64,000 nucleotides of DNA from Hemiscyllium ocellatum (taxonomy: Eukaryota): positions 28,582,001-28,646,000 of the forward strand of contig NC_083414.1 of assembly GCF_020745735.1 (NCBI RefSeq), in the 5' to 3' direction. Below the pieces are notes generated by a model that saw only the letters and a list, made by a program, of their open reading frames with translations, made no database searches and was not told where the DNA came from. Shown piece by piece: positions 12,674 through 23,189 of the stretch. The translations under genes were made by a program, and so were the position numbers. Every line of letters starts with the position of its first letter. Position 1 is the stretch's first letter.

Positions 12674-13405
12674 TCAGCACCCATTGTCAATGGGGTGGAA
12701 GGTGCCATCCACTGAGAGCTGCTAGTCAGAGGTTGGCAGTTCTTCTCTACTCAGCGGCACCAGTTGCTGCTGAAATGATACCCACTGGAGGCCTTGGACT
12801 GAAGGGGCACACAGGTGCAGTTGAATGATAGCAAAAGAGTGATCACAGGGTGAGGCTGGCAATGGAGAGGGGTGAGATTGGGCTAGCATTACCTTTTGTG
12901 GGCGGTCCCCCTTCCTGATGCTAGGTTCCTTTGAAGAAGGGACACCCTGGAATCCCATAACTGAACAAACCAGTGTTTGCTTTTTCTGTTCCTTGTCAGG
13001 TTAGTTTCTGTTTGCTTCTGTCTTAATATCAATGGAGCCGGATGGAGCCTTTAACTGAATGCTAATTGTCCACTTACAAGCCTTCATTGGCTGGAAAGCA
13101 GGAAGACTGTGCAAGACTTAATCAGGGTAGAGCTGGAAGGTATTGGAGTCCCCCTTGTTACATTCCACCTGATTAATTTGTCCCCATCACTAAACTCCCA
13201 AGGAGGATAAGGCAAAAGGTTTCCACCATTTTATTTCCAATATAGCAAAATGTGAATCTATAATTCTAATATTTGTAGTTTCAGGAATAATAAAATGTAT
13301 AAGATGATGGTATATCAAAACCAAGAAAGGTTGATTCACAAGTATCACCCATTGCTAAGTGAATATTGTTATGTCTATATTTAATGAGAATATGCAATCA
13401 AGTTA

Positions 13406-13423
13406 TGGTGCCATCTAGTGGTA
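13406..13423 (-). promoter_or_regulatory. candidate CTCF-binding motif
   Basis: minus strand taccactagatggcacca fits the CCACYAGRKGGCR core. Confidence 0.5.
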
Positions 13424-13476
13424 GCATGCTTTTGAATTTTTTTTGTTGCATTCGCTAAAGAAAGTTTGAATTTCAG

Positions 13477-13605
13477 ACATTAATGAGTGTGCGCAAAGTG
13501 GAAGCACCCTCTGTACATTCCGCTGTGTGAATATCCCTGGCAGTTATAACTGTGCCTGCCCTGAGTTCGGTTATACAATGTCGCCAAATGGAAGAACGTG
13601 TAGAG
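13477..13605 (+). CDS. FBLN2: fibulin-2 internal exon (cbEGF), phase 1-1, 129 bp
   Basis: tttcag|ac ... gag|gtagga; (D)INECAQSGSTLCTFRCVNIPGSYNCACPEFGYTMSPNGRTCR. Confidence 0.95.
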
Positions 13606-14196
13606 GTAGGATTTTTCATCATTTACTCCTAATTTCTCAGACCTTAATGATCTCCATTTTGTGAACATTATGTATATGATGAAATGTTTGTAATAATTAA
13701 GGTATTATTTTTATACATTGAGTTTCTGGTGTTGCAGTTAAATGTCTACTCTCCAAGATCTTGTTTTCACAAAATTACTAAGGTTGGTTTAATTTCTCCC
13801 TTGGTAAGACAGTACTCAGGAAATGGCATATGATAGTCCTTCTCCTGTTCGTTCATTAGAATCTGCTCTATTTGGAATGCTATTTCATGGACTGATAGTT
13901 ACTACAATCTCTGATTTCAAAATAAAATGAGCCTAAAAGTTTAACCAGAATACTTTCTTTTGGAATACACCCAACCCCCTCCAATCCTGCTTTCTTCCCC
14001 CACCGCTAGTGATTTATTCAATTTAGAGTTGGGGACCAAATGTAATGTGTCAAAGTTCGCAGGTGAAACTAAAATGAGTGGAAGAGCAAAGTGTGCAGAG
14101 GACACTGAAAGTCTTTTTTTGCAAGGTTTGTGAAGGTTTGTAGCTCAGGTTGAGGTTTAGGGTGTAGGTTTGCTCACTGAGCTGTAGGTTTGATAT

Positions 14197-14236
14197 CCAG
14201 ACGTTTCATTACCTGGCTAGGTAACATCATCAGTGG
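14197..14236 (-). ncRNA. minimal type I hammerhead ribozyme motif in PLE pLTR
   Basis: cca-CUGAUGA-u-guuacc(uagcca)gguaau-GAAAC-GUC-ugg on the minus strand. Confidence 0.75.
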
Positions 14237-15270
14237 TGACCTCCAAGTGAAGCGAAGCTGATGTCTCCTGCTTTCTATCAACCATCCAACCATTAAACCA
14301 AAAATCTGGGTCCGCTACGTAGATGACACCTTTGTCATCACAAAACGAAACAAGATAGAAGAGATATTTAACATCATCAACAACACCCTCACAGCCATAA
14401 AGTTCACCAAGGGGGAAGAAACCGACAACAAACTCGCATTCCTGGACGTCACAGTCAAAAGAACGGACAACGGAGAGCTCAAAACCTGCATTTTCTGTAT
14501 ACGCAGGTTTGACCAAATACTTAACTACACCAGCAACCATCCCAATACACACAAACGAAGCTGTATGAGAACACTATTCCAACGAGCCACCTCACACTGC
14601 AGCACAGACGAACTTCGGAAAACAGAGGAGAACCACCTATACAATGTATTCAAGAAGAACGGATACTCAAAAAAATACAGTCCGCAGATTCCTCAAGAAC
14701 CACGACAAGCAGACCAAACACAGCCAGAAACCCTAACCACCTTACCATACATCAAAGAAGTTTCAGAAATGACAGCCAGACTACTAAGACCCCTCAAAAT
14801 CCTAGTAGTACACAAACCCACCAACACTCTCAAACAAAAACTAACAAACTTAAAAGACCCAATACAACCTATGGACAAAACCAATTTCGTCTACAAAATT
14901 CCATGCAAGGACTGCCACAAACACTACGTAGGACAAACAGGAAGAAAGTTAGCCACCAGAATACACGAACACCAGCTAGCCACAAAAAGACACGACCCTC
15001 ACTCCCTCGTAGCCCTACACACGGAGGAAAAAAAGCCATTTCGACTGGGACAACACATCTACCCTGGGACAGGCCAAGCAAAGACATGCCAGAGAATTCG
15101 TCGAGGCCTGGCACTCCAACCACAACACCATAAACAAACACATAGCTCTAGATACCATCTATCAACCCTCAGAAAACGAACAGGAAATGACATCACCACA
15201 AACCCCAGGAACCCCATCCAAGATATAAATAGAAAGCAGGAGACAACAGCTTCGCTTCACTTGGAGGTCG

Positions 15271-15310
15271 CCACTGATGATGTTACCTAGCCTGGTAATG
15301 AAACGTCTGG
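15271..15310 (+). ncRNA. minimal type I hammerhead ribozyme motif in PLE pLTR
   Basis: cca-CUGAUGA-u-guuacc(uagccu)gguaau-GAAAC-GUC-ugg. Confidence 0.75.
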
Positions 15311-18300
15311 ATATCAAACCTACAGCTCAGCGAGCAAACCTACACCCTAAACTGAAAATCTATAGAGGGAAGTTAAGTGAATGGGTAAGCACTGGCAGAT
15401 GGAATACTATGTTGGTAAATGTGATGTCATTCATTTTGTTAGGAATAACAGTAAAATGGACCTTTATTGAAATGGTGAAAAATTGCAGCAGGCTGCTATG
15501 CAGAGGAACCTCGGTATCCCTGTTGCATGAATCACATAAAGTTGTTTTTGCATGTGTAGCAAATAATTAAGAACGCAAATGGAATATTGTCCTTCATTGC
15601 TTGAGGGATGGGAGGTTATGCTGCAGCTGTATAGGGTGCTGGTGAGGCCACACCTGGAGTACTGAATACAGCTTTGATCTCGTTACTTGAGAAAGAATAT
15701 ACTGACACTGGAGGGGGTGAAGAGGAGGTTCACTAGGTTGATTCTGGAATTGAGAGGGTTGACATATGAGGAGAGACTGAATAGACTGGGACTTGAAATT
15801 TAAAAGAATGATGGGGAGTCTTATAAAAACATAAAATTATGAAGGGAATAGATAAGATAGGAGCATGGGTGTTGTTTTCACTGGTGGGTGAAATTAGAAT
15901 TCGGGGATGTAGCCTCAAAATAAGGAGAAGCAGATTTAAGACTGGGTTGAGGAAGACCTTCTTCACCCAAAGAGTTGGGAATCTATGGCACTCCCTGCCC
16001 AATGAAGCAGCTGAGGCTACCTCGTTGAATGTTTTTAAGGCAAGAATAGTTAGATTTTTGGACAGTACAGGAATTAAGCATTATGATGGAGGGACAGGTA
16101 AGTGGAGCTGAGTCCAGAAAAGGATCAGCCATGATCTTATCGAATGACAGTGCAGGCTTGATGGACCAGATGGCTAAGTCTGCTCTTATTTCTTATGCTT
16201 TATTATGTCCCTATTCAGAATTTGTCTCTCAAACATTTTTGATCAGCTCAGAACTTGATTCAAGAGTATGTTTCATTTACAAAATGTCACCTTCCCAGTG
16301 AAACACTAAAGTGACACCCTTTATCCAGAGCTTTATTTTAGATTGGCATTGTTTTCAGCCAGAATTTGTTGTTAAAGTATAAAAATGTCTAGGTATTTCT
16401 GGTCCATCACCACAAGCAAGGACTTCAGGTTTCAATCACTTTGTTGGCTGTCCAAATTTGTTGAGCTTTACACATCTTTTGACCAGGCAATAACACTACT
16501 TCATTCTTTATAGTATTACCTTCCAATTTAATCTCTCCTGTTGATTGATCGTGCATCCAAATTGACTGCGTCCGTATCTCTGCCACTGGAGTTCCATATT
16601 TGCTTACATAGGTTGTAACTTTTGAGATAATCAATTGAATATCAGCAATGTGTCATTTCTTTCTTAGCTAATATGTTAAGGCAAGAACCAAGATGACAAT
16701 TGGTTAAATTCATTATTTAGTAGAAGTTTTGAAATGATATCCAGCCTTCATGCAGGGGTCCACTGGGGATAAAAGATAACCATTGTATTGTCAAATTTCA
16801 TGGGTGAAATAAATTAACATTGCTAATAACATAGTGTTAGTTGCTGATCTTGAAGATTATGTTTCCCTTTTTGAACATGTATGTTAACCTAAAAATCATG
16901 AACAAGCTCACAGAGCTTCTAAAAAGCTGACAATCAAAAAGTATTGTATGTGAAAAATAGTTTTCAATAAAGATCTCTGCTTCAACGTAACTGAATAAGA
17001 TAAATGACCTTTTATTGGTTTGGATTTCAGGGGTTTTATTGGTCTTTTGGGATTATGTTTTGTAGTTCAGTCTGTCTGTGAAAACTAAAATCCAATGGTT
17101 TTCTCTATGACTTGAGAAAAGATTTAACTATAACGGGAATATAGAGGACATGAACTGGTTATGGCTGAAGTCACAGTCATCCTCAATTGCATTGTGCAGG
17201 CAAAAAGCTAGACAGTACACTATGTAATCTTCTCAAAGGTGGATTTAGATAATTTTGAAGGGCAAATTAGTTCTAATACTGCAAAGTATATTTGTCGAGT
17301 GGGCGATAGTGTGAATTTTGACTAGGAAATATGGAAGTTTGCTCCATTTTGAAGCATTTGCCATAGTTTGAAAACTGACATGTTTTATCCAGACCTGCTA
17401 TTTGTGCTGTTACAATCTAGGATTTAAAACATTTCTTTATTAAGCTTACCTTGTTTCTTGCTGATTGCAAACTTGGTAGTATCTTACTCTTTGCTGTTGT
17501 CTTTTTACCAAGATGGCAGAAGGAATATAAAACTGAACCAGGAACATGAAACACTAATGTCAATTGATGAAAAGCTTACAATTGTAATTTCACGATGTGT
17601 GGGATTCACAGAAGCTTGAAAGACATAGTAGACTTTCTGTATGTTCGTTTGCGGAGTGGATCAGATAGTAGCCATTATTACACAAGGCATGATCTATTCC
17701 ACATTGTTTGGAGAAGTAATAGTAAAATTGGCTTCATTGTAGAATCTGGGCAAGTTAGGTAATGCCTTTTTAGCAACTGTTTCAATAATACGGTAGCTGT
17801 TTGCACTGCTTATTAGAAAACACAATTTAACCTACTGAAGGTATCACATTCCACTGGGAGGAAATCTATTGGACAAAGTCTTTAGAAACAGTATGATATA
17901 GTGGAGTGCAGCTTGTTGTTAATACTCACTGCTCACAATGAAGCAGTAATATGGGCTGCATCTAACACTTGGCCCACCAATTGATTTGAAGACAAGAGAC
18001 ACATCAAATCCAGCAGGCAGCCTTCACCACCCTTGCCTCCACCACAATTATACGGATGGCAGGATTGGCATCAGCCAACTTCTCTGTTGATGCATGAATT
18101 GAGCCCCTTACCTGGGCAACTAATTCTCATCTAAGGACCTCATCCTGCTGCCAGGCCCTAGATGGTGGGCAAGGGTAGGTCATTCCTCAAGGTATAACCA
18201 CCTCGATCTCCCCCACCCCCAGTTCCACTCCCACTCCATGCATCCTGGCTGAGCCGCAAATGTTTACAAGGTTCTAATCCATCACATTTTACCTCCTCAT

Positions 18301-19537
18301 CATCCGAGTGCCATACTAGCAGTGAACCCCATTCCCACTGGTGTTATCTCTAATTGGTCAGCAGCTCTCTGAGACATGACTTCCTATTCTTGTGGGGCAA
18401 AGATCCCTCCTCCCTGACATTCTACCTCGGGGAAGATAATTTGGGGACCAATATGCCCTGTATAATTGAACCTAGTGACATGATTAGTCAATGAACAGAG
18501 ATACACAGGAGACTTGCTGATATTGGTAATATTAGCATTGTCATTCAAGTTGCTGTTGCTCCTTCCTTCTCTACAACCTGCCTTATGGCTGTTCTTCACT
18601 TTACGTAGTCTTCATGTAAAACCTGAAAAGAAAATATTATGACTCAAGTTCCTTGTAATGTGCACAAAGAAATTGATCCAAACACGAGTAATTGTGATTC
18701 CTGTTGGCTGGAATTGAGTGATCATCAAATTCCTAAAATAACAAAAGTATCTTTATTCATACATAGTTCCTGCATGCTATTATTTTCATCAACCAGCTTG
18801 TCCCACCACACACACACAATGAATAAATGCATAATTCTTGCTTTATATTTTTAAACATATTCTGGTCCAATCAGAGAGAGGACTCTGTTTGAGAGACATG
18901 ATCATGTTCACCCTTGCTTTTTTATATGTGCTGTTTGGGCTGGAGTTGGGATGTTGTACTGAACGGATGTGCATATATTTGAGAAAGGATATAAATGAGG
19001 CCTCTGATAGGCTTGTGGGCTCTTGTAAACTACCTCCAGGTAATAGCATCACTCCTGAGTATATACATATATTGACTTATTCTCCTTTTGATTATGACTA
19101 AAATATTGATCTCCAAAATGACACACCCTTTTGGATCATGTACAGTAAATTGAATCTTGTAGTCATGCCAATGAATTTGTTTCCGAAGGTAGTTGTTATT
19201 CAAACACATGAGTGAATGCTGTGGTTTCTGTTTTACCGTACTTGCTCCATGTGCATAGTAGCCTCTTAGTTAGTATCTCTGTGTAATTCCTGTTTCATAA
19301 TGTGCACCTTCTATACATGGGGTGGATTCAGGAGGCAACCAACAAAAGTGTGGGTTGATGAGCTGTTGTATGAATGCAATTTGGGGCCTGAGTGAGTGGT
19401 TTGGAAAAGTGAGTTATCTATTTATAACATGGCAACTAGATATGACAGGACATACATTGTGAATATTCTGGAAGGAACTAATTTGATTTGGGATGATAAA
19501 TGGAATGAGTTTAATTCAATTTTGTTGAACCATGAAA

Positions 19538-19990
19538 CCAGAGAGTCATACAGCATGGAAATAGATCCTTCAGTTCGTCTCGTCCACATCGAACATATTC
19601 CAAAACTAAAATAGTCCCACTTACCTACATTTGGCCCATATCCCTCCAAACCTTTCCTGTTCATGTCGTCATCCAAATGTCTTAAATATTATAACTGTAC
19701 CTGCATCCACCATTTTCTCTGTCAGTTCATTCCCCACATGAATCACTATCTGCGTTGCCCATCATGTCCTTTTTAAAGCTTTCCCCTCTCATTAAAAGTA
19801 TGACCCTTGGTTTTGAACTCCCCCACACTAGTTCAAAGACCTTCGCTATTCATCTTTTCTATGCCTCTCATGATTTTATAAACCTTAATAAGGTCATTCT
19901 TCAAACTTCTACATTCAAGTGAAAAATGTCCCAGCCTATCCAGTCTGATTTCTTTTTATATAACTCAAACCCTCCATTCCTAGCAACAAT
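19538..19990 (-). mobile_element. CR1 LINE 3' fragment
   Basis: minus ORF MNRKGLEGYGPNVGKWD; tail agagtcata. Confidence 0.85.
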
Positions 19991-20094
19991 CAAGGTGACC
20001 TTGTCAACCCCTAACCTTAATTAGGATTGTCCATTGTAAAATAATTATTAGGTAACAAAATATGTCACAAGATTAATAGCAAGGATATGAAAAC

Positions 20095-20307
20095 AGCTGT
20101 AAATGTGTTGCTGGAAAAGGGCAGCAGGTCAGGCAGCATCCAAGTAACAGGAAATTCGACGTTTCGGGCATAAGCCCGATTCCTGATGAAGGGCTTATGC
20201 CCGAAACGTCGAACTTCCTGTTCCTTGGATGCTGCCTGACCTGCTGCGCTTTTCCAGCAACACATTTTCAGCTCTGGTCTCCAGCATCTGCAGACCTCAC
20301 TTTCTCC
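20095..20307 (+). mobile_element. fold-back PLE-derived mini-element (family B) with 15-bp TSD
   Basis: inverted arms 20095-20177 and 20191-20273, tail 20274-20307; atgaaaacagctgta at 20087-20101 and 20308-20322. Confidence 0.88.
20180..20213 (+). ncRNA. minimal type I hammerhead ribozyme, intact core
   Basis: uuc-CUGAUGA-a-gggc(uuau)gccc-GAAAC-GUC-gaa. Confidence 0.8.
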
Positions 20308-20362
20308 ATGAAAACAGCTGTAGTCAACTAAACTTAGTGTTAGGAATGCTAATTAAAAATAA

Positions 20363-20810
20363 AGTTAAAAAATCACCCACCGTTACTTTATAGGCCAACA
20401 GGAATGTGGAAGTACAAGCTTTCGGAGCTAGTGGCACAGGATCATAGGACACAGGATTTATAGTAAAAGATCAAAGTGTTCTACAACTGATGTGATGTAT
20501 TCAACAAACCTAGATTACTGTTAAGTCCTTATTGACTTAGAATGGGTTGCAGGTTTCGAATCATTAATATGTAAATCCCAGAACTTCTTTCAAATCATAT
20601 TCTCAAGATAACTTAAGGTTTTATTAAAAAAAGGTGACATCTCAGCTCAGACAATGCATTAAAAGTGTGAGGTTAGAGTCTGTCTGTATCCCAAACTTGA
20701 GTCAGACTGGTTCAGAGTAGGAATTTATAAAATGTGACATGGACTGACTTTCTCCCAATTGTGTGCGTTCTGAACAAAATAGAATGTATCTGCAAATACA
20801 AATCTGCAAT
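20363..20810 (-). mobile_element. PLE family C 3' UTR/pLTR fragment
   Basis: colinear with 32520-32870 (cagctcagacaatgca..gtgtgaggtta..ttgagtcaga..tctgcaaatacaaat); left end resembles the arm at 30103. Confidence 0.7.
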
Positions 20811-21709
20811 TAAAACTAATATAGTCGTTCCATTGCAGTAATAATGCCAAGGGTTTCCTCAGTTTGCTAGAAGACTGGAAATATTACACTCAATGATCTT
20901 TTGAGGGCATTAATCAAGGCAGGTTAGGGTTGAGGATACAGATATGGCCAATGAGTCTAATGGATATTTCGCATTGCTTTCACTTCTGAAAATAATGGTT
21001 CATTCCTGATTATACGGGACAAATGTGCAACTGAATTGGTTTCTGTGTCTAGAATTGTGGAAATCTCTTCAGTTAATATTTAGGATTTAAAGCTGTTTGT
21101 GCTGCTGAATCTGCTTCTAATTACTGTTAAATGAAATGGAATTAGTAAAATGAGTCACTGGCCCATGTAATCAATAACTCTTGAAGCCAGAGTTGATTTC
21201 AATTGATCAGAAAGAGATTCATGAGCTTCCATCATTCCAGAAGGAGAAAATAATCAGTGTTTGACTTTACTTTGGGAAAGATATTAAAAAGCAACAAATA
21301 GAATGCAATTTATGATCCTTTGGAGCACTTGCATATTACTAAGGGATTAAGAGATACAGGGAATGGGCAGGAAAGTGGAGTTGAAGTCAAAGATCAGCCA
21401 TGATTATTATGAATGGGCAAACACATGAGGTGCTATATCATCTCCTGCTACAGTTTATTATATTAAAATGGACAGTGTGGGAAACGTAGAGTTAAGGAAG
21501 ATATTTAGCCAGCATTTTATTGAATTACAGAGCAGGTCCCAAGTGTCTAAGTGACTTACTCCAGTGTGAACGTCATTTATTCTTATGTAAGTTCAACAGC
21601 ATAGTGTTACTCTGCTCATTCTTGTCATCTGATTACAATAGTTTCAGTTTTAGCTGTATACATGTGAAATAAACAATTAAACCTGACAGTTGTGTGTAAT
21701 TTCCCACAG

Positions 21710-21833
21710 ACATTGATGAATGTGCAATAGGAACACACAACTGCACATCAACTGAGACCTGTTTCAACATCCAAGGTGGATTCAGATGCCCTGTTGTGGA
21801 TTGCCCACCAAACTATAGGAAAGTGTCTGATAT
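21710..21833 (+). CDS. FBLN2: fibulin-2 penultimate exon, phase 1-2, 124 bp
   Basis: cccacag|ac ... tat|gtaagt; (D)[40 protein letters not shown](M); N-glycosylation sequon NCT. Confidence 0.95.
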
Positions 21834-21982
21834 GTAAGTGTTTGACTATTTCCAATCCGGGAAGGTGTCTGACATGTAAGTGTTTGACTATTTCCAATTC
21901 AGGAAAGTGTCTGATATGTGTGTTTGACTATTTCCGATCCGGGAAGGTGTCTGATATGTAAGTGTTCGACTATTTCCAATCC
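21817..21982 (+). repeat. tandem array of four units (42, 42, 40, 42 bp) spanning the exon/intron junction
   Basis: units start at 21817, 21859, 21901 and 21941; consensus rggaargtgtctgatat|gtaagtgtttgactatttccaatcc. Confidence 0.95.
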
Positions 21983-23189
21983 AAGCAAATGGAGATTTTT
22001 CTTCGGGATAAAATGTAGTTCTTATTACTTTTACAATTGGTGTAGAAAGATAAGAACCATGGCAAAATACATTACAGAAAGAGGGTAGTTAGCCTCATGA
22101 GGCTATATTTTCCAGTGACTGGCAAGAACACAGGGTGCAAATGGAGCTAGTTAGTGTGCCTTTCTCTGGCTGATAAATCCTGCTGTTTTTGCAGTGTTGT
22201 CAATTTGAATATATATAGGGAGAAGCTGGATACATTGGTCAGAGCGACTGCACAAATACATCAGCTGTTTGGCAATTTTAACTTTTAGAATCATCTTACA
22301 ATGAGAACCTGAAGTATAACTCTTATTCATTGTGCTGCTCCCAATACTCCGCTCAATATCTGGGTGGAATCGGTTCGCCTGTTTCCACTTAGGGGGACGT
22401 CGTAAATTTGAGAATGGAGATTCCACATGAATGGAGTCTACTGCATCAAACCAACCTCCAGATAGCACCAGATGCCATAATGGCTCAGCTAACTATCATT
22501 CAAGACAGCTGCCTGAGAAAGGAATTATCCCTCAGAAATGCAAGTTAGTTCTGTATTCGTTCAAGGACCCAGCATGTTGAATTTATTTACAAATTAGCAG
22601 AGCTGGCATGAGACACATCAAAAATGGCCCAGCTTCAGCATTTATTTTTGCAGTCGCAGGAGAAACAGAAACAGTAAATTTTGACTTATAAATGATCCCT
22701 GGTTTGCTCTCACCATGTTTGAAATACCTCCACAATTGCGCCTTCTTCCACCCATCAACCACAATGTTCCCAGGCTCCATTTACTATTAGGCTCAGCAGA
22801 GCAGTCTGTATATCTCTGCTGCCTCTAACCGGTGAACTGTAGTAAAAAACCCATTTCATGTCTGCTGCTTTCTGATGGGATTAGATTGTCACCTGTAGCC
22901 AATTTTGCCTGAAGTTTCCAGCCATCATTTAACCATATACAAGTCCTGTATCCAACAGATACAACATCGTGAGCCAAAGGGCCTGTTCTATGCTATATTT
23001 TTCTATGTTCTATGTGCCCATTTTGAGTATGCTTTGAATTTCTGGTGAACTTTTATTTCAGTGAATTTCTCACTTTCTGACTATTCGTCATGTGTTAGCC
23101 AGCTGCACATATTCGATATTAGAGAGAGTACATTTATACAATTTCATGAATGCCAAATATTTTGCAATGTTTATACATTGAAAATCACT

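Larger units (their letters stand above)
14115..15352 (+). mobile_element. Penelope-like (Poseidon-type) retroelement, 5'-truncated RT plus GIY-YIG endonuclease, flanked by 124-bp inverted pLTR arms
   Basis: WVRYVDDTF from 14307, LAFLDV, SNHP..HK, LPYIK, VYKIPCKDCHKHYVGQTGR..RIHEH; inverted arms 14155-14278 and 15229-15352; TSD actgaaa(g/a)tct at 14104-14114 and 15351-15361; frameshifted. Confidence 0.92.
14020..16205 (+). mobile_element. CR1 LINE 3' fragment interrupted by a Penelope-like insertion (14115-15352)
   Basis: SKFA..TKMSG..CAEDTE before the insert, resuming at 15351 and running to TFFTQRVGNLWHSLP and the 3' UTR. Confidence 0.85.

Noticed and set aside
21776-21961. Cys-rich repetitive ORF (CLICKCLT..) suggesting a metal-binding peptide
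   Set aside because: Out-of-frame translation of the 42-bp tandem array
21817-21982. CRISPR-like repeat array
   Set aside because: No unique spacers, vertebrate context, and the unit derives from the local exon junction
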